Shown: positions 48,801-57,293 of the stretch, one piece after another
How the letters are laid out: each line of letters starts with the position of its first letter
How positions within the stretch are numbered: position 1 is the first letter of the stretch
From: Candidatus Omnitrophota bacterium
Lineage (GTDB): Bacteria; Omnitrophota; Gorgyraeia; Zapsychrales; Zapsychraceae
DNA: 64,000 nt
NCBI GenBank assembly: GCA_050250375.1
Contig: JBFWOS010000002.1
Location: 374,345 to 438,344 of the forward strand
Direction: 5' to 3'
Program-made: the position numbers and the translations under genes
Notes under the pieces: model-generated
The model's input: only the letters and a program-made list of their open reading frames with translations
What the model was told of the DNA's origin: nothing
Databases searched by the model: none

Positions 48801-48865
48801 TAATAAATAGGGACGGAGGCTATTTATTGGACAAATGTCAAAAGCAGGGTCCGTCCCTAGTTATT
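48801..48865. repeat. H hairpin element copy 2
   Basis: TAGGGACGGAGGCTATTTATTGGACAAATGTCAAAAGCAGGGTCCGTCCCTAG. It contains the TAG stop of the 101-aa ORF. Confidence 0.8.
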
Positions 48866-49162
48866 CACAATAATAAAAATTACCTTTTCCCAATAAAAGA
48901 CAAAGAATCCGAATATGTTTAATACAAGTATAAAAATAAATGCCTCGTATTTTTTACGCCAGAGTAGATAAGTTAAAATGAAATACAAAAATACCCATGC
49001 CCCCTGAAGAATGATTGTTGTCGGTTTGTCTAAGAGCCATGCCGAATTTGCACTCATAAAACTATGTGGATTCGACAATACAGTATGTGGAATATAAAGT
49101 GCAAAATAACACGCCACAATAGAATTTACTATAACAAGTAATGGAAGAACGAATTTAGCCAT
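48857..49162 (-). CDS. small membrane protein (3 TM), cassette ORF
   Basis: 101 aa, hydrophobic; ends in the CCCTAG of the H element. Confidence 0.45.
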   Translation of the reverse strand: MAKFVLPLLVIVNSIVACYFALYIPHTVLSNPHSFMSANSAWLLDKPTTIILQGAWVFLYFILTYLLWRKKYEAFIFILVLNIFGFFVFYWEKVIFIIVNN

Positions 49163-49198
49163 ATTCGTAAAATTAGGGACAGTGGACTAGACGAAAGT

Positions 49199-49537
49199 TT
49201 AAAAAAATGAAATAAGTGATAATAGAATCATGAAAGTTCCAAGAAAATAAAAGAACACTTCATATGCTTTTTTATCTGATAAACCATTAAGCATAAAACT
49301 CGTAAATCGTGAATTTTTGTCGAAATAATCTTCCATTGAGTAGATATAATCATTTGCCCAGAATTTTGAAAATATTAGTATATGTAATCCAATTAATAAA
49401 TAAATTATGGCACTATACAACTCAAGCGCTTCTTTTGATAAAAAATGATTTTTGAAGAAAGTCGTTAGAATGTTTATAAAAAGGTTCAGAATAAGAAGCC
49501 ATTTGGTAATTCTATAAAAGGCGGTATTAAGTTTCAT
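49199..49537 (-). CDS. small membrane protein (3 TM), cassette ORF
   Basis: 112 aa, hydrophobic, AT-rich. Confidence 0.45.
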   Translation of the reverse strand: MKLNTAFYRITKWLLILNLFINILTTFFKNHFLSKEALELYSAIIYLLIGLHILIFSKFWANDYIYSMEDYFDKNSRFTSFMLNGLSDKKAYEVFFYFLGTFMILLSLISFF

Positions 49538-49591
49538 ATAATTTGTGCTAAATCAAGGGTATGTCCCGTTCTCCCAATTTTAACAACCCTT

Positions 49592-49640
49592 CCCCGCCTT
49601 AAACCGTAGTTATTTTGTAACATTGGGATTAGGGGGTGGA
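49592..49640. repeat. R1 repeat copy D
   Basis: Identical to copy A over 49 nt. It supplies the last codons (S-T-P-stop) of the 140-aa ORF. Confidence 0.85.
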
Positions 49641-50051
49641 CTGTCTGACATGTTGTTTCCATTTGCCTTCTTTATCTCTCAATTCAAACTTTTCGACAAT
49701 ATCTTTGTTCTCACCTTCGCCACCTTCAACACCATCGCGCCCAAAGCTTTTAAAAGTGACAGAATAATCATCATTGACATAAAATAAAATTTCTCTATTC
49801 CATCCATCTTTAGTGGAATTAAGTGTACCGTGCAATTCCGGCAATAAATCTAAACTATTTGGTGGTTTATTGTTAGTTTGAGCATATTGTAATACTCTTT
49901 TTGTCAGTACCCTTATAATTGTAACAGTCGTTGCCTCGGGAGGTATTGGGTGTATGAAGAAAATAGCAACTAATACGGAAATCCCCAATAAGATGGCCAA
50001 AGCTTTGTACACCGCTCGCACGCGGATATGTTCTCGAATTGAAGTGTTCAT
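49629..50051 (-). CDS. putative immunity protein for the adjacent RHS toxin tip (N-terminal TM, soluble C-terminal domain)
   Basis: 140 aa; lies immediately downstream of the RHS C-terminal toxin domain, the canonical immunity position. No family recognised. Confidence 0.4.
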   Translation of the reverse strand: MNTSIREHIRVRAVYKALAILLGISVLVAIFFIHPIPPEATTVTIIRVLTKRVLQYAQTNNKPPNSLDLLPELHGTLNSTKDGWNREILFYVNDDYSVTFKSFGRDGVEGGEGENKDIVEKFELRDKEGKWKQHVRQSTP

Positions 50052-50080
50052 GGATCAATCATTGGATAATAATCTACTGT

Positions 50081-50599
50081 TTACTTGGTGGAGCCGCGGG
50101 GATGGCCAAACCCGAAGTCTTGAAGTAAATCGAACATTTCTTCTGCGAAATCACGACAACTCGAAGTTAATGGTCGATACGGAAAAGGTTTGCCAACCAA
50201 CGAATCCAGATAATTTTTTATTTCTGCATCTTCAAGAGGTGTGGTTTCAAGATAGTAGTCTTCTTTAATTTTCCCACCCTTCAGTGGATCTTCATAAATA
50301 TACCCTGTTAATCCGAATGGCCATGTAAATGTTGGTTCTGTGATAATTATACCGAAACTATATGAGCTATATTCACCGTTAGGATCTCCTACATTAATAC
50401 TTTCATGTGGCAATGGCTCTCCTATAGATGGCCCCTCTATCCAAACATCTAAACCAAACGGATCGATGAACTTTATCGGATTACTAACAGCATACTCATA
50501 AAGATTCAAACTATCCGCATACCCTATCGGATCCCTCTGCAAAAACCTGCCGATACTAGGGTCATACTGTCTGGCCCGATATAGCCGACCGGCAATCAA
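50081..50599 (-). CDS. orphan RHS-repeat-associated core C-terminus plus variable C-terminal toxin domain (truncated; no RHS repeat body, no ATG)
   Basis: RLYRARQYDPSIGRFLQRDPIGYADSLNLYEYAVSNPIKFIDPFGL matches the RHS/YD core-domain end (DPxGL). It is followed by about 125 aa of unique C-terminal sequence. The frame is continuous with pirin apart from a single TAA. Confidence 0.7.
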   Translation of the reverse strand: MIAGRLYRARQYDPSIGRFLQRDPIGYADSLNLYEYAVSNPIKFIDPFGLDVWIEGPSIGEPLPHESINVGDPNGEYSSYSFGIIITEPTFTWPFGLTGYIYEDPLKGGKIKEDYYLETTPLEDAEIKNYLDSLVGKPFPYRPLTSSCRDFAEEMFDLLQDFGFGHPRGSTK

Positions 50600-50605
50600 T
50601 CCATA

Positions 50606-51325
50606 TTATTTAAGATCAAAGAGCAAGAATTCAGAGGCTTCGGGGGATTTGAGAGTGATCTCTTGGGCGTGTTCAATCGCCGCGCCGTCCCCTGTCTTCA
50701 GGGATTGCCCGTCCAGGGTCAATTCCCCTGTAATCATCTGCACCCAGAGGCCGCGGTCCGGTGTTGCCGGATAAACCCTGCTCTGCCCCCGGGCCAATTG
50801 CCCGTGATAAACCCGCGCATCCTGGCTGATGAACAAACAGCGGTCCTCTTCGCGGTTCGACGCAAAAAGGGTTAAGCCGCGGTCTTTTTTTAAACCGGAT
50901 AACGGCAGCTGCTGATAACGCGGTTTCAACCCTTTTTCTCCCGGGAAGATCCATATCTGCAGGAAGTGAACGGGATGGGCGGCTGACGGATTAAATTCGC
51001 TATGGGTAATCCCGGTCCCGGCGCAGATCGCCTGGACCTCGCCGGCCGTCAGCACCGACCCGTGGCCGAGGCTGTCTTTGTGCTCAAGTTCCCCTTCGAT
51101 CACATACGAGATGATCTCCATGTCCCGGTGGGGATGCGCGTCAAACCCGTTGCCGGGCTGGACCGTGTCGTCATTGATGACCCGCAGGGTCCTGAAACGC
51201 GTATGCTCCGGGTCCTGATATTCCCCGAACGAAAAGGTGTGGTATGAATCCAGCCAGCCGAAATCCGCGTGCCCGCGTCCGTCCGCGTGCCGGACGGTTA
51301 TCGTTTTATTTTTGAGTTCACTCAT
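50606..51325 (-). CDS. pirin-family protein
   Basis: Bicupin with HPHRDMEI...E metal-binding motif; full length (239 aa). Confidence 0.85.
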   Translation of the reverse strand: MSELKNKTITVRHADGRGHADFGWLDSYHTFSFGEYQDPEHTRFRTLRVINDDTVQPGNGFDAHPHRDMEIISYVIEGELEHKDSLGHGSVLTAGEVQAICAGTGITHSEFNPSAAHPVHFLQIWIFPGEKGLKPRYQQLPLSGLKKDRGLTLFASNREEDRCLFISQDARVYHGQLARGQSRVYPATPDRGLWVQMITGELTLDGQSLKTGDGAAIEHAQEITLKSPEASEFLLFDLK

Positions 51326-51866
51326 GAGGGTCCATTCCAGTTTTTAATCCGTCGATGCTGGTCCGGTTTTTATCCCGCCAATATTGTTTGATCCCGTCTT
51401 CTCCCTTCTGGGCCGACCAGCGCACCAGCGCGTCACGTTCGCCCTTGAATTCGTAAAACGGGATGGAAAATCCGCAGGAGGTCTGGAGTGATTCGACGGT
51501 GATGATAAAGATCTGCCGTGTCCCGGGAAGCTGGTCAAAGTCTTTTGAAAAAGAATCCCAGCCATCCTCACCGGGATATATACAGCGTCCGGTCCCGTAG
51601 ATCCGCAGGATCAAAGGCTGCTGGGTAAAACTGCAGAACATGATCGTGATGCGTCCGTTAGTCTTCAGGTGGGCGGCGGTTTCATTCCCGCTGCCGGTCA
51701 GGCTTAAGAATCCGACGGTGGTTGGAGACAATATCCGGAAGGTGTCCATGCCTTTCGGGCTGAGGTTGATCCTCCCCCCGGCATCAGCCGTGGCGCAGAA
51801 AAAAATTTTCTGTTCCCGGATAAACGTGATCAAATTGTCGTCTAATTGAGTGAAGAATTTGGCCAT
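51318..51866 (-). CDS. pyridoxamine 5'-phosphate oxidase-related FMN-binding protein
   Basis: 182 aa with a split-barrel pattern. Confidence 0.65.
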   Translation of the reverse strand: MAKFFTQLDDNLITFIREQKIFFCATADAGGRINLSPKGMDTFRILSPTTVGFLSLTGSGNETAAHLKTNGRITIMFCSFTQQPLILRIYGTGRCIYPGEDGWDSFSKDFDQLPGTRQIFIITVESLQTSCGFSIPFYEFKGERDALVRWSAQKGEDGIKQYWRDKNRTSIDGLKTGMDPHE

Positions 51867-51881
51867 GGCCCTGCTCTTTTA

Positions 51882-52202
51882 TTATGTGTAGAAATTCACG
51901 GATGTGACAATGCCGTCTTTGAAGAGGATGTAAATATTGCGCATGCCGCGGTATTCCCAGCGGCCGATGCCCCGCAGGACCGGTTCACCCCAGACGGCCT
52001 GGACCTGGTCTTTGGTCATCCCGGGAACGACCTTGCCTTTTTCCATCGCTTTGCGGATATATTCGTCCTCGACCGGATGCAGATCCAAATACCTTAGCCG
52101 CGTGCTTTTATCCTGTATCCGCATCGGGGTGGTCGTTTCACATCCGGCCAGGGCCGCGAGCAGGCATACAACAAATAATAATTGGAGGTTAGTTTTTTTC
52201 AT
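51882..52202 (-). CDS. BamE/SmpA-OmlA-like lipoprotein
   Basis: Lipobox LAGC; GMTKDQVQAVWGEP motif typical of BamE-like domains. Start at the internal ATG (MKKTNLQLL). Confidence 0.5.
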   Translation of the reverse strand: MKKTNLQLLFVVCLLAALAGCETTTPMRIQDKSTRLRYLDLHPVEDEYIRKAMEKGKVVPGMTKDQVQAVWGEPVLRGIGRWEYRGMRNIYILFKDGIVTSVNFYT

Positions 52203-52231
52203 ATGAGGGTTTGATTGGTTATCCATATGGG

Positions 52232-52663
52232 TTAAGAATGGTTGACCTGAACATCGTCCGGATAGGGACTGCCCTTACCGGTCTCGATCAGGCTTTTCAA
52301 ACTGAGCAGGAACACGGCCCATTTGGTCGTGCAATGGGCGAACAGTTCCGATTCCTCGCTCCAGCATTCATGTTTGAAATTGACGAATGTCTGTCCGTTC
52401 GCTTCTTTCAGTTCAAAGATGATCTGAGTGTCCTGCCACTGCGGGTCGGCCTCAACGCATTGCCAGGCGACCTTGCCGGGATTTTGCTGCAGGACCTGCA
52501 TCGACGCGGCGGCATTACCGAAATAGATTTTAAAATCTCCTCCGGCTTCAAAGTCACCTTCGGCCCGGCTCCACCAGCCCGATACCCCTTCCGCGCTGGA
52601 CAGGGCCAGATAGACATTTTCCGGTTTGGCTTTAATCCCGACTTGATGATGAATGGTAAACAA
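52232..52663 (-). CDS. SRPBCC (AHSA1-like) domain protein
   Basis: 143 aa with an Aha1-like / polyketide-cyclase-like fold pattern. Confidence 0.6.
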   Translation of the reverse strand: MFTIHHQVGIKAKPENVYLALSSAEGVSGWWSRAEGDFEAGGDFKIYFGNAAASMQVLQQNPGKVAWQCVEADPQWQDTQIIFELKEANGQTFVNFKHECWSEESELFAHCTTKWAVFLLSLKSLIETGKGSPYPDDVQVNHS

Positions 52664-52732
52664 CGGACAACCCTCCTTAACATTGAATATCCGGTTAATA
52701 AATGGCGAAACGGACTGATTACAATCGGCCGC

Positions 52733-52990
52733 TCACGAGTCTGTTTTATTGCCGGTGTTGCTGATAAAGATCAGAAGAATACAGGTCACGACAATAATGC
52801 CGACGACTTTGATGGTTTTGAACGCGAATTCTTTTGCCGTTTCCCCGGTAAAAATATCAAGGACAAAACAGATACTCACACTGGCCAGAATGAGCAGTAA
52901 GAACGTCGTGGATACTTTCAGGATCATTTCCATTTGTTTGTTCATAAGCCCTCCGCGGGTGAACTTTTTGGAACCATTATAGCGTAACAA
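52733..52990 (-). CDS. small membrane protein
   Basis: Two TM helices. Confidence 0.3.
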   Translation of the reverse strand: MLRYNGSKKFTRGGLMNKQMEMILKVSTTFLLLILASVSICFVLDIFTGETAKEFAFKTIKVVGIIVVTCILLIFISNTGNKTDS

Positions 52991-53045
52991 AAAAATTTTA
53001 ACATCGCACTGACGGCATTTTTAACGTTTTACAGGCAACGCCGGA

Positions 53046-53555
53046 TTATTGATTAAAGAAGCTTCCCCCTGTGGTTACGGATAAAACCTTAGAGCCGGTT
53101 TTTCCCAGAGTGATCGGGGTGGCGGTGTATTTAAATCCCTCCGGTGACATTTTACAGCTGAACCTGAATCCCGAATCCTCCCGGTTGCAGTAATCGTCTT
53201 TAATAAAAGGCGGAAAGTTTTCGGTCAATTGGGACATCCGGCTCGGGTACACTCCGCCGTTGGCCTTGGCAAACCGTTCGGTGGCCTTGGCCATACGCGT
53301 CAGTGTCTTGCGGGCCCGGTTGTCCAGATACTCAACCCCTGGATTGGACGGGTCTTCCAGCGCCAGCAGAGACTGGATTTCCTGAAGTTTTTTTTCAAGG
53401 ATTTCTTTTTCAAGCTCCAGTTGTTTGACCTCGTCCATCAGCTGCTCATGTTTCTGGAAATCATTCTCATCTGCCCGGCCCAGGCCGGTCAACAGGCCCG
53501 GTTGGAACATAAGGCTCAAACAAAGGAGTGTGATAGTTATTGGTCTTTTATTCAT
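53046..53555 (-). CDS. secreted coiled-coil protein with pseudopilin/GspG-like C-terminal domain (paralog of 63006..63539)
   Basis: Signal peptide, heptad region, then ATERFAKANGGVYP...FRFSC...YTATPI. AGGAGAG RBS before the ATG at 53555; the ORF-track start is upstream. Confidence 0.45.
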   Translation of the reverse strand: MNKRPITITLLCLSLMFQPGLLTGLGRADENDFQKHEQLMDEVKQLELEKEILEKKLQEIQSLLALEDPSNPGVEYLDNRARKTLTRMAKATERFAKANGGVYPSRMSQLTENFPPFIKDDYCNREDSGFRFSCKMSPEGFKYTATPITLGKTGSKVLSVTTGGSFFNQ

Positions 53556-53728
53556 GGCGGTCTCTCCTGCGATCATCACGTATCTGACATAGCTGCAAAC
53601 AGACCCTATTCTACCAAGACCGGAAAAAACCTTCCAGTTAAAAATACGGAGAGAACCGATTGGCTCTGATGAAGCCCCTCCCTCCTGACAACGAATAGAG
53701 TATTGACGTGAAGGATGTCCGCCGGTCC

Positions 53729-54136
53729 TTAATCTGCCTGAAAATCGGAAAATAATGCTTTTAGGTTTTTTCGGGTGAAAAAACAAATAATCAATATATC
53801 AAAAATAAGGCCTAAATAAATTTGCCGGAATTCCCTATTGGTTATTAAATAATATTTTGAATAAATGACGGTCCCCAGGATTATATGAAGGCCGTCCAAG
53901 ATCGTTAATCGAATAAGGAGTTGTCGAAACTTATAACCGATGAACAAAATAAAATTGCCAAGTATGAAAAATCCCAGGTTTATGACAAATGATACTATGG
54001 ACAGGATTTTTACCGCTGTCGGGTAATTGATAAATTTGTTCTGCCATTCAAAGTTTGAAAAATATCCAGACAAGGAAAGTGAAGCGAACAAAATAAGAAT
54101 TACACACAATATCTTAACTAAAAAACGGAGTTTCAT
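53729..54136 (-). CDS. integral membrane protein
   Basis: Four hydrophobic helices. Confidence 0.3.
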   Translation of the reverse strand: MKLRFLVKILCVILILFASLSLSGYFSNFEWQNKFINYPTAVKILSIVSFVINLGFFILGNFILFIGYKFRQLLIRLTILDGLHIILGTVIYSKYYLITNREFRQIYLGLIFDILIICFFTRKNLKALFSDFQAD

Positions 54137-54151
54137 TGTTTGATGGCCGGT

Positions 54152-54592
54152 TTATGTTTGGTTTACATCATAAAAATGTTTCCAAACAAAAAAAGGCAGA
54201 AGGTAAAACAGTCCAAAGACCAGGCCTCCTCCAAGATAGGCGGCCCGGACCAGTGTGGGAAGATCTTCATTAAATCCTTTGGCTCCGAGCATCAACGCCA
54301 GGACGAACAGGAATATCCCGCACATCGGCCCCCAGATTTTTCGGCGCCAGTATCCGGCCCCGGTCAAAGCAATATACCCCCCGACGATACCATACAGGAT
54401 GAACAGGAAAATTTGAGTGCGGACAGGGGAAATATCCGGCCTGTACGGCAGGGGCTGGGTTTCACCAAGGAGCTCCGGGTGAAAGACAAAAACCAGCGGA
54501 AATAAGCAGATCACAATTCCGGTCAGTACGAGCAGCCGGCTGAATATTTTGATCAGGAGTAAAATTATTTTTTCACTTTGGGTCATCGTCAT
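54152..54592 (-). CDS. integral membrane protein
   Basis: Four hydrophobic helices. Confidence 0.3.
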   Translation of the reverse strand: MTMTQSEKIILLLIKIFSRLLVLTGIVICLFPLVFVFHPELLGETQPLPYRPDISPVRTQIFLFILYGIVGGYIALTGAGYWRRKIWGPMCGIFLFVLALMLGAKGFNEDLPTLVRAAYLGGGLVFGLFYLLPFFVWKHFYDVNQT

Positions 54593-55602
54593 TTTTTCAA
54601 GTGGGTTTTATATAATTCTTTGATGAGGTTTAATTCGAGTTGGGGATTCCGCGGGATCCCCAGTTTTTCCGCGGTCACCATGTCATCGTAACTCTTTTGG
54701 TATTCTTTCAGGTAAAAATATGCGGCCGATCGGTTGGCATAAAACCCCGGGACCGCGGGCATGCCTTCAATGGCCCTGGTTAAATCCTCGACGGCCCTGG
54801 CGTAATCTTTCTGGTCCAGATAAATGACGGCCCGGTTGCTGTAATTGAGCGCGGCCCCCTCCGGCGCGAGGTCAATGGCCTTGGCGAGGTCTGCCAGCGC
54901 CTCGGCCGTTTGGCCCAGACTGAAATAGGCCATCCCCCGGTTCGCATAGGTATATTCATCCGCGGGATTGAGGCGTATGGCCCGGTTGAAATCGGCCAGG
55001 GCATCCTGCGGACGGTTGAGTTTCAGGAAACATTCCCCGCGATTAGAATATCCGATATAGTCTTCGGGTTCGAGTTTGATCAGTTGAGAAAAATCGTCCG
55101 CTGCCCGGGCGTAGTCCTGAAGGGTGTAATAAGCGTTCGCGCGTTGATAATAACTGTCCCAGAGCCGGTATTTCCCGTTGATCGCGACGGTCAAATAAAC
55201 CGCGGCGGTCTGCAACTCCCCGGCCTGCGAAAATTCACCGGCTTTTTTAAACGCGTCGGCCGGATCATCGGTATCGGCTGTCACTTCTGCCGGAAGGACA
55301 GGCACGGCGGTCTGATTTTTGTTAAACGTTTCCTTGAGCAGGCGGCCGTATTCGGGACTTTCACGCGGGTACTCTTCTCCGCTGACAGATTCAATGTCCT
55401 TGAGCGAATAACGGACGACCTTGCCGTCCGGGAAGGCGACATCAATCAATTCAGCGGTCTTATTAAGGACATCTACGTCAATCACCCGGCCGTCTTTTAA
55501 CTTAATGACGGCGGACTTTAATTCTCCGCCGTGGCTGAGCGGTACGGCGATCAGCCCTGTCAGGATGAGCAGATGGATAATCCGGTAACTGGAATGATTC
55601 AA
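54589..55602 (-). CDS. secreted TPR-repeat protein
   Basis: Signal peptide; at least six 34-aa repeats with the W-LG-Y / A-F-A-P pattern. Confidence 0.72.
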   Translation of the reverse strand: MNHSSYRIIHLLILTGLIAVPLSHGGELKSAVIKLKDGRVIDVDVLNKTAELIDVAFPDGKVVRYSLKDIESVSGEEYPRESPEYGRLLKETFNKNQTAVPVLPAEVTADTDDPADAFKKAGEFSQAGELQTAAVYLTVAINGKYRLWDSYYQRANAYYTLQDYARAADDFSQLIKLEPEDYIGYSNRGECFLKLNRPQDALADFNRAIRLNPADEYTYANRGMAYFSLGQTAEALADLAKAIDLAPEGAALNYSNRAVIYLDQKDYARAVEDLTRAIEGMPAVPGFYANRSAAYFYLKEYQKSYDDMVTAEKLGIPRNPQLELNLIKELYKTHLKK

Positions 55603-55636
55603 AACAGACTCCTATTCATTTTGATTACGGTTTGGT

Positions 55637-56413
55637 TCAAATGGTTTGCCTCAGGATCTTGGCAATTTCCCAAGACGTATTTTTCCCATCCCAGTATTTA
55701 CGATGGGCTTCCACGGGAAAAAAACCGGTATTAACGGAAATGTCTTTTAGATCAATATTGCTGAAAAACGGTTTGCACCGCCGGGCGACCCCGTCGTCCG
55801 GGTCATACAGGTTATACCATCCTTTTAAATTATCAGGCAGGCGGATATCGCTGTCGGTGTGTCCCATGGCGGAAATAAACAGCGGGACCGGTGAACCCAG
55901 GGTGATCAGGGCCTTGATGGTCCAGTCCGGATCGGCCCGAAATTTCCTGAACCCGAATAGATAATCAAAGGCGATGACGCTGCCCAGCGAATGGGCAACG
56001 ACCACCAGGTCTTTGCCTTCCGCGGTGATTTCCCGAAAGCGTTCATCGATCCTTTGCAGGATGGACATCCGTCCGCTCTCTTTATCCCCCTTGTCCTTGA
56101 CATAAAAAAGGATCTGCAGGACAAGCGGGTCGATTTTTTTGGTAAAGATATTCCAGATCCCTTTTTTACGGCCGTACAGTTCGTATTCCAGTTCAGTGTA
56201 GCGGTTGGTCAGGTCTAACGTCACGTCGGCCCAGATGATTTCTTTCTGGACCAGCCGGGCCGCGGTTTCCTGCAGAGTTTGGTTGTCCATACCCGGGCCG
56301 GCCAGCTGTTTGAGATAATCTTCCTGGATCGCGTTGAACAGCCGGGTCGAATAACCGGACGACTGGGCATTAATGCCGTGGATAAAAATAATTTGGGTGT
56401 TCGCTGAAGACAT
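55637..56413 (-). CDS. alpha/beta-hydrolase (lipase-like serine hydrolase)
   Basis: GHSLG nucleophile elbow (VVAHSLGSV). Confidence 0.6.
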   Translation of the reverse strand: MSSANTQIIFIHGINAQSSGYSTRLFNAIQEDYLKQLAGPGMDNQTLQETAARLVQKEIIWADVTLDLTNRYTELEYELYGRKKGIWNIFTKKIDPLVLQILFYVKDKGDKESGRMSILQRIDERFREITAEGKDLVVVAHSLGSVIAFDYLFGFRKFRADPDWTIKALITLGSPVPLFISAMGHTDSDIRLPDNLKGWYNLYDPDDGVARRCKPFFSNIDLKDISVNTGFFPVEAHRKYWDGKNTSWEIAKILRQTI

Positions 56414-56415
56414 CG

Positions 56416-57147
56416 TTAACGGACCCGTAACTTTTTATTTTCCCGGAAATCCTTGAATTTTTCTTTTGTCGTTTTCTGGGTATCTTTGACCCCGAAGTTT
56501 CCCCAGAACGGACGGTGGAAATATGACCGGGCGAGTTCTTCATCAACGTAATTTTCGTTACGGCCCTGAAAATAAGAATAGAGTTCGGTGAGCGCCCCGC
56601 GGTGCGTGATGTCCGCAATGGTCAGCACATGATCGTTCATCAATTCATCCACCAGAGTCTTGTAGGCCTCAACAGGCTTATAGGTCCCGGTTGCAGTTTT
56701 GATGACCTTGCCCCCGTATTTGTTGTAGATGATGCTGTCAAAGTGCCAGGCCAGTATTTCCGATTTGATCTCAATCTTCTTGGCCTCGTCGATTTTGGCG
56801 TAGGGGTTCTTGCGCATGTTCCGGAAGTATTTGACGTAGGCCTCATATTCTTCAACGGTCAATTCGTACCGGTTTTCCGCAAGGATACGGTTGATGATAT
56901 GCTGGTGGATTTGTTTGGCCAGCAGGTCCATCCGGTAGGTAAATTCATACCGCCGGAATGTTTCGGCGTCCATTTCTTTTTGTTTCTGCGCCCGGAGGGT
57001 TTCATTCATCTCGAATTCAAACGGATAGATCCGGGTGTTGTTGAAAATAACGACAGCCTGTTTGTCCTGTTCCGCGGCCTGGGCGAAGGGGCTCACAACG
57101 CACAAACTTACGCACAAGACTGCTTGAATAATTCGTTTGTCCAACAT
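56416..57147 (-). CDS. secreted hypothetical protein
   Basis: Signal peptide; no motif. Confidence 0.4.
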   Translation of the reverse strand: MLDKRIIQAVLCVSLCVVSPFAQAAEQDKQAVVIFNNTRIYPFEFEMNETLRAQKQKEMDAETFRRYEFTYRMDLLAKQIHQHIINRILAENRYELTVEEYEAYVKYFRNMRKNPYAKIDEAKKIEIKSEILAWHFDSIIYNKYGGKVIKTATGTYKPVEAYKTLVDELMNDHVLTIADITHRGALTELYSYFQGRNENYVDEELARSYFHRPFWGNFGVKDTQKTTKEKFKDFRENKKLRVR

Positions 57148-57293
57148 AACGCAATCTCCTTTTTCCGAATAGTTCTAAAACGGACCATCAAATTTTCTGA
57201 TTCAGCCTTAACGGCAGAACAGAATTTATTTTATTATACATGCCAGGCCGGAACTATTTGAAGTTTATTTTTTTCGGCCGGTGATTTTTCCGG

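Noticed and set aside
47225-49640. CRISPR array
   Set aside because: The repeats are 49 to 65 nt and spaced 700 to 900 bp apart with ORFs between them, not 25 to 50-nt spacers. Two different repeat types are interleaved.
47100-50610. Integron gene-cassette array (attC sites) as the identity of the R1/H repeats
   Set aside because: R1 and H lack the RYYYAAC / GTTRRRY core sites and the paired R''/L''-L'/R' architecture of attC. No intI gene or attI lies in the window. The integron analogy is kept only as an analogy in the findings.
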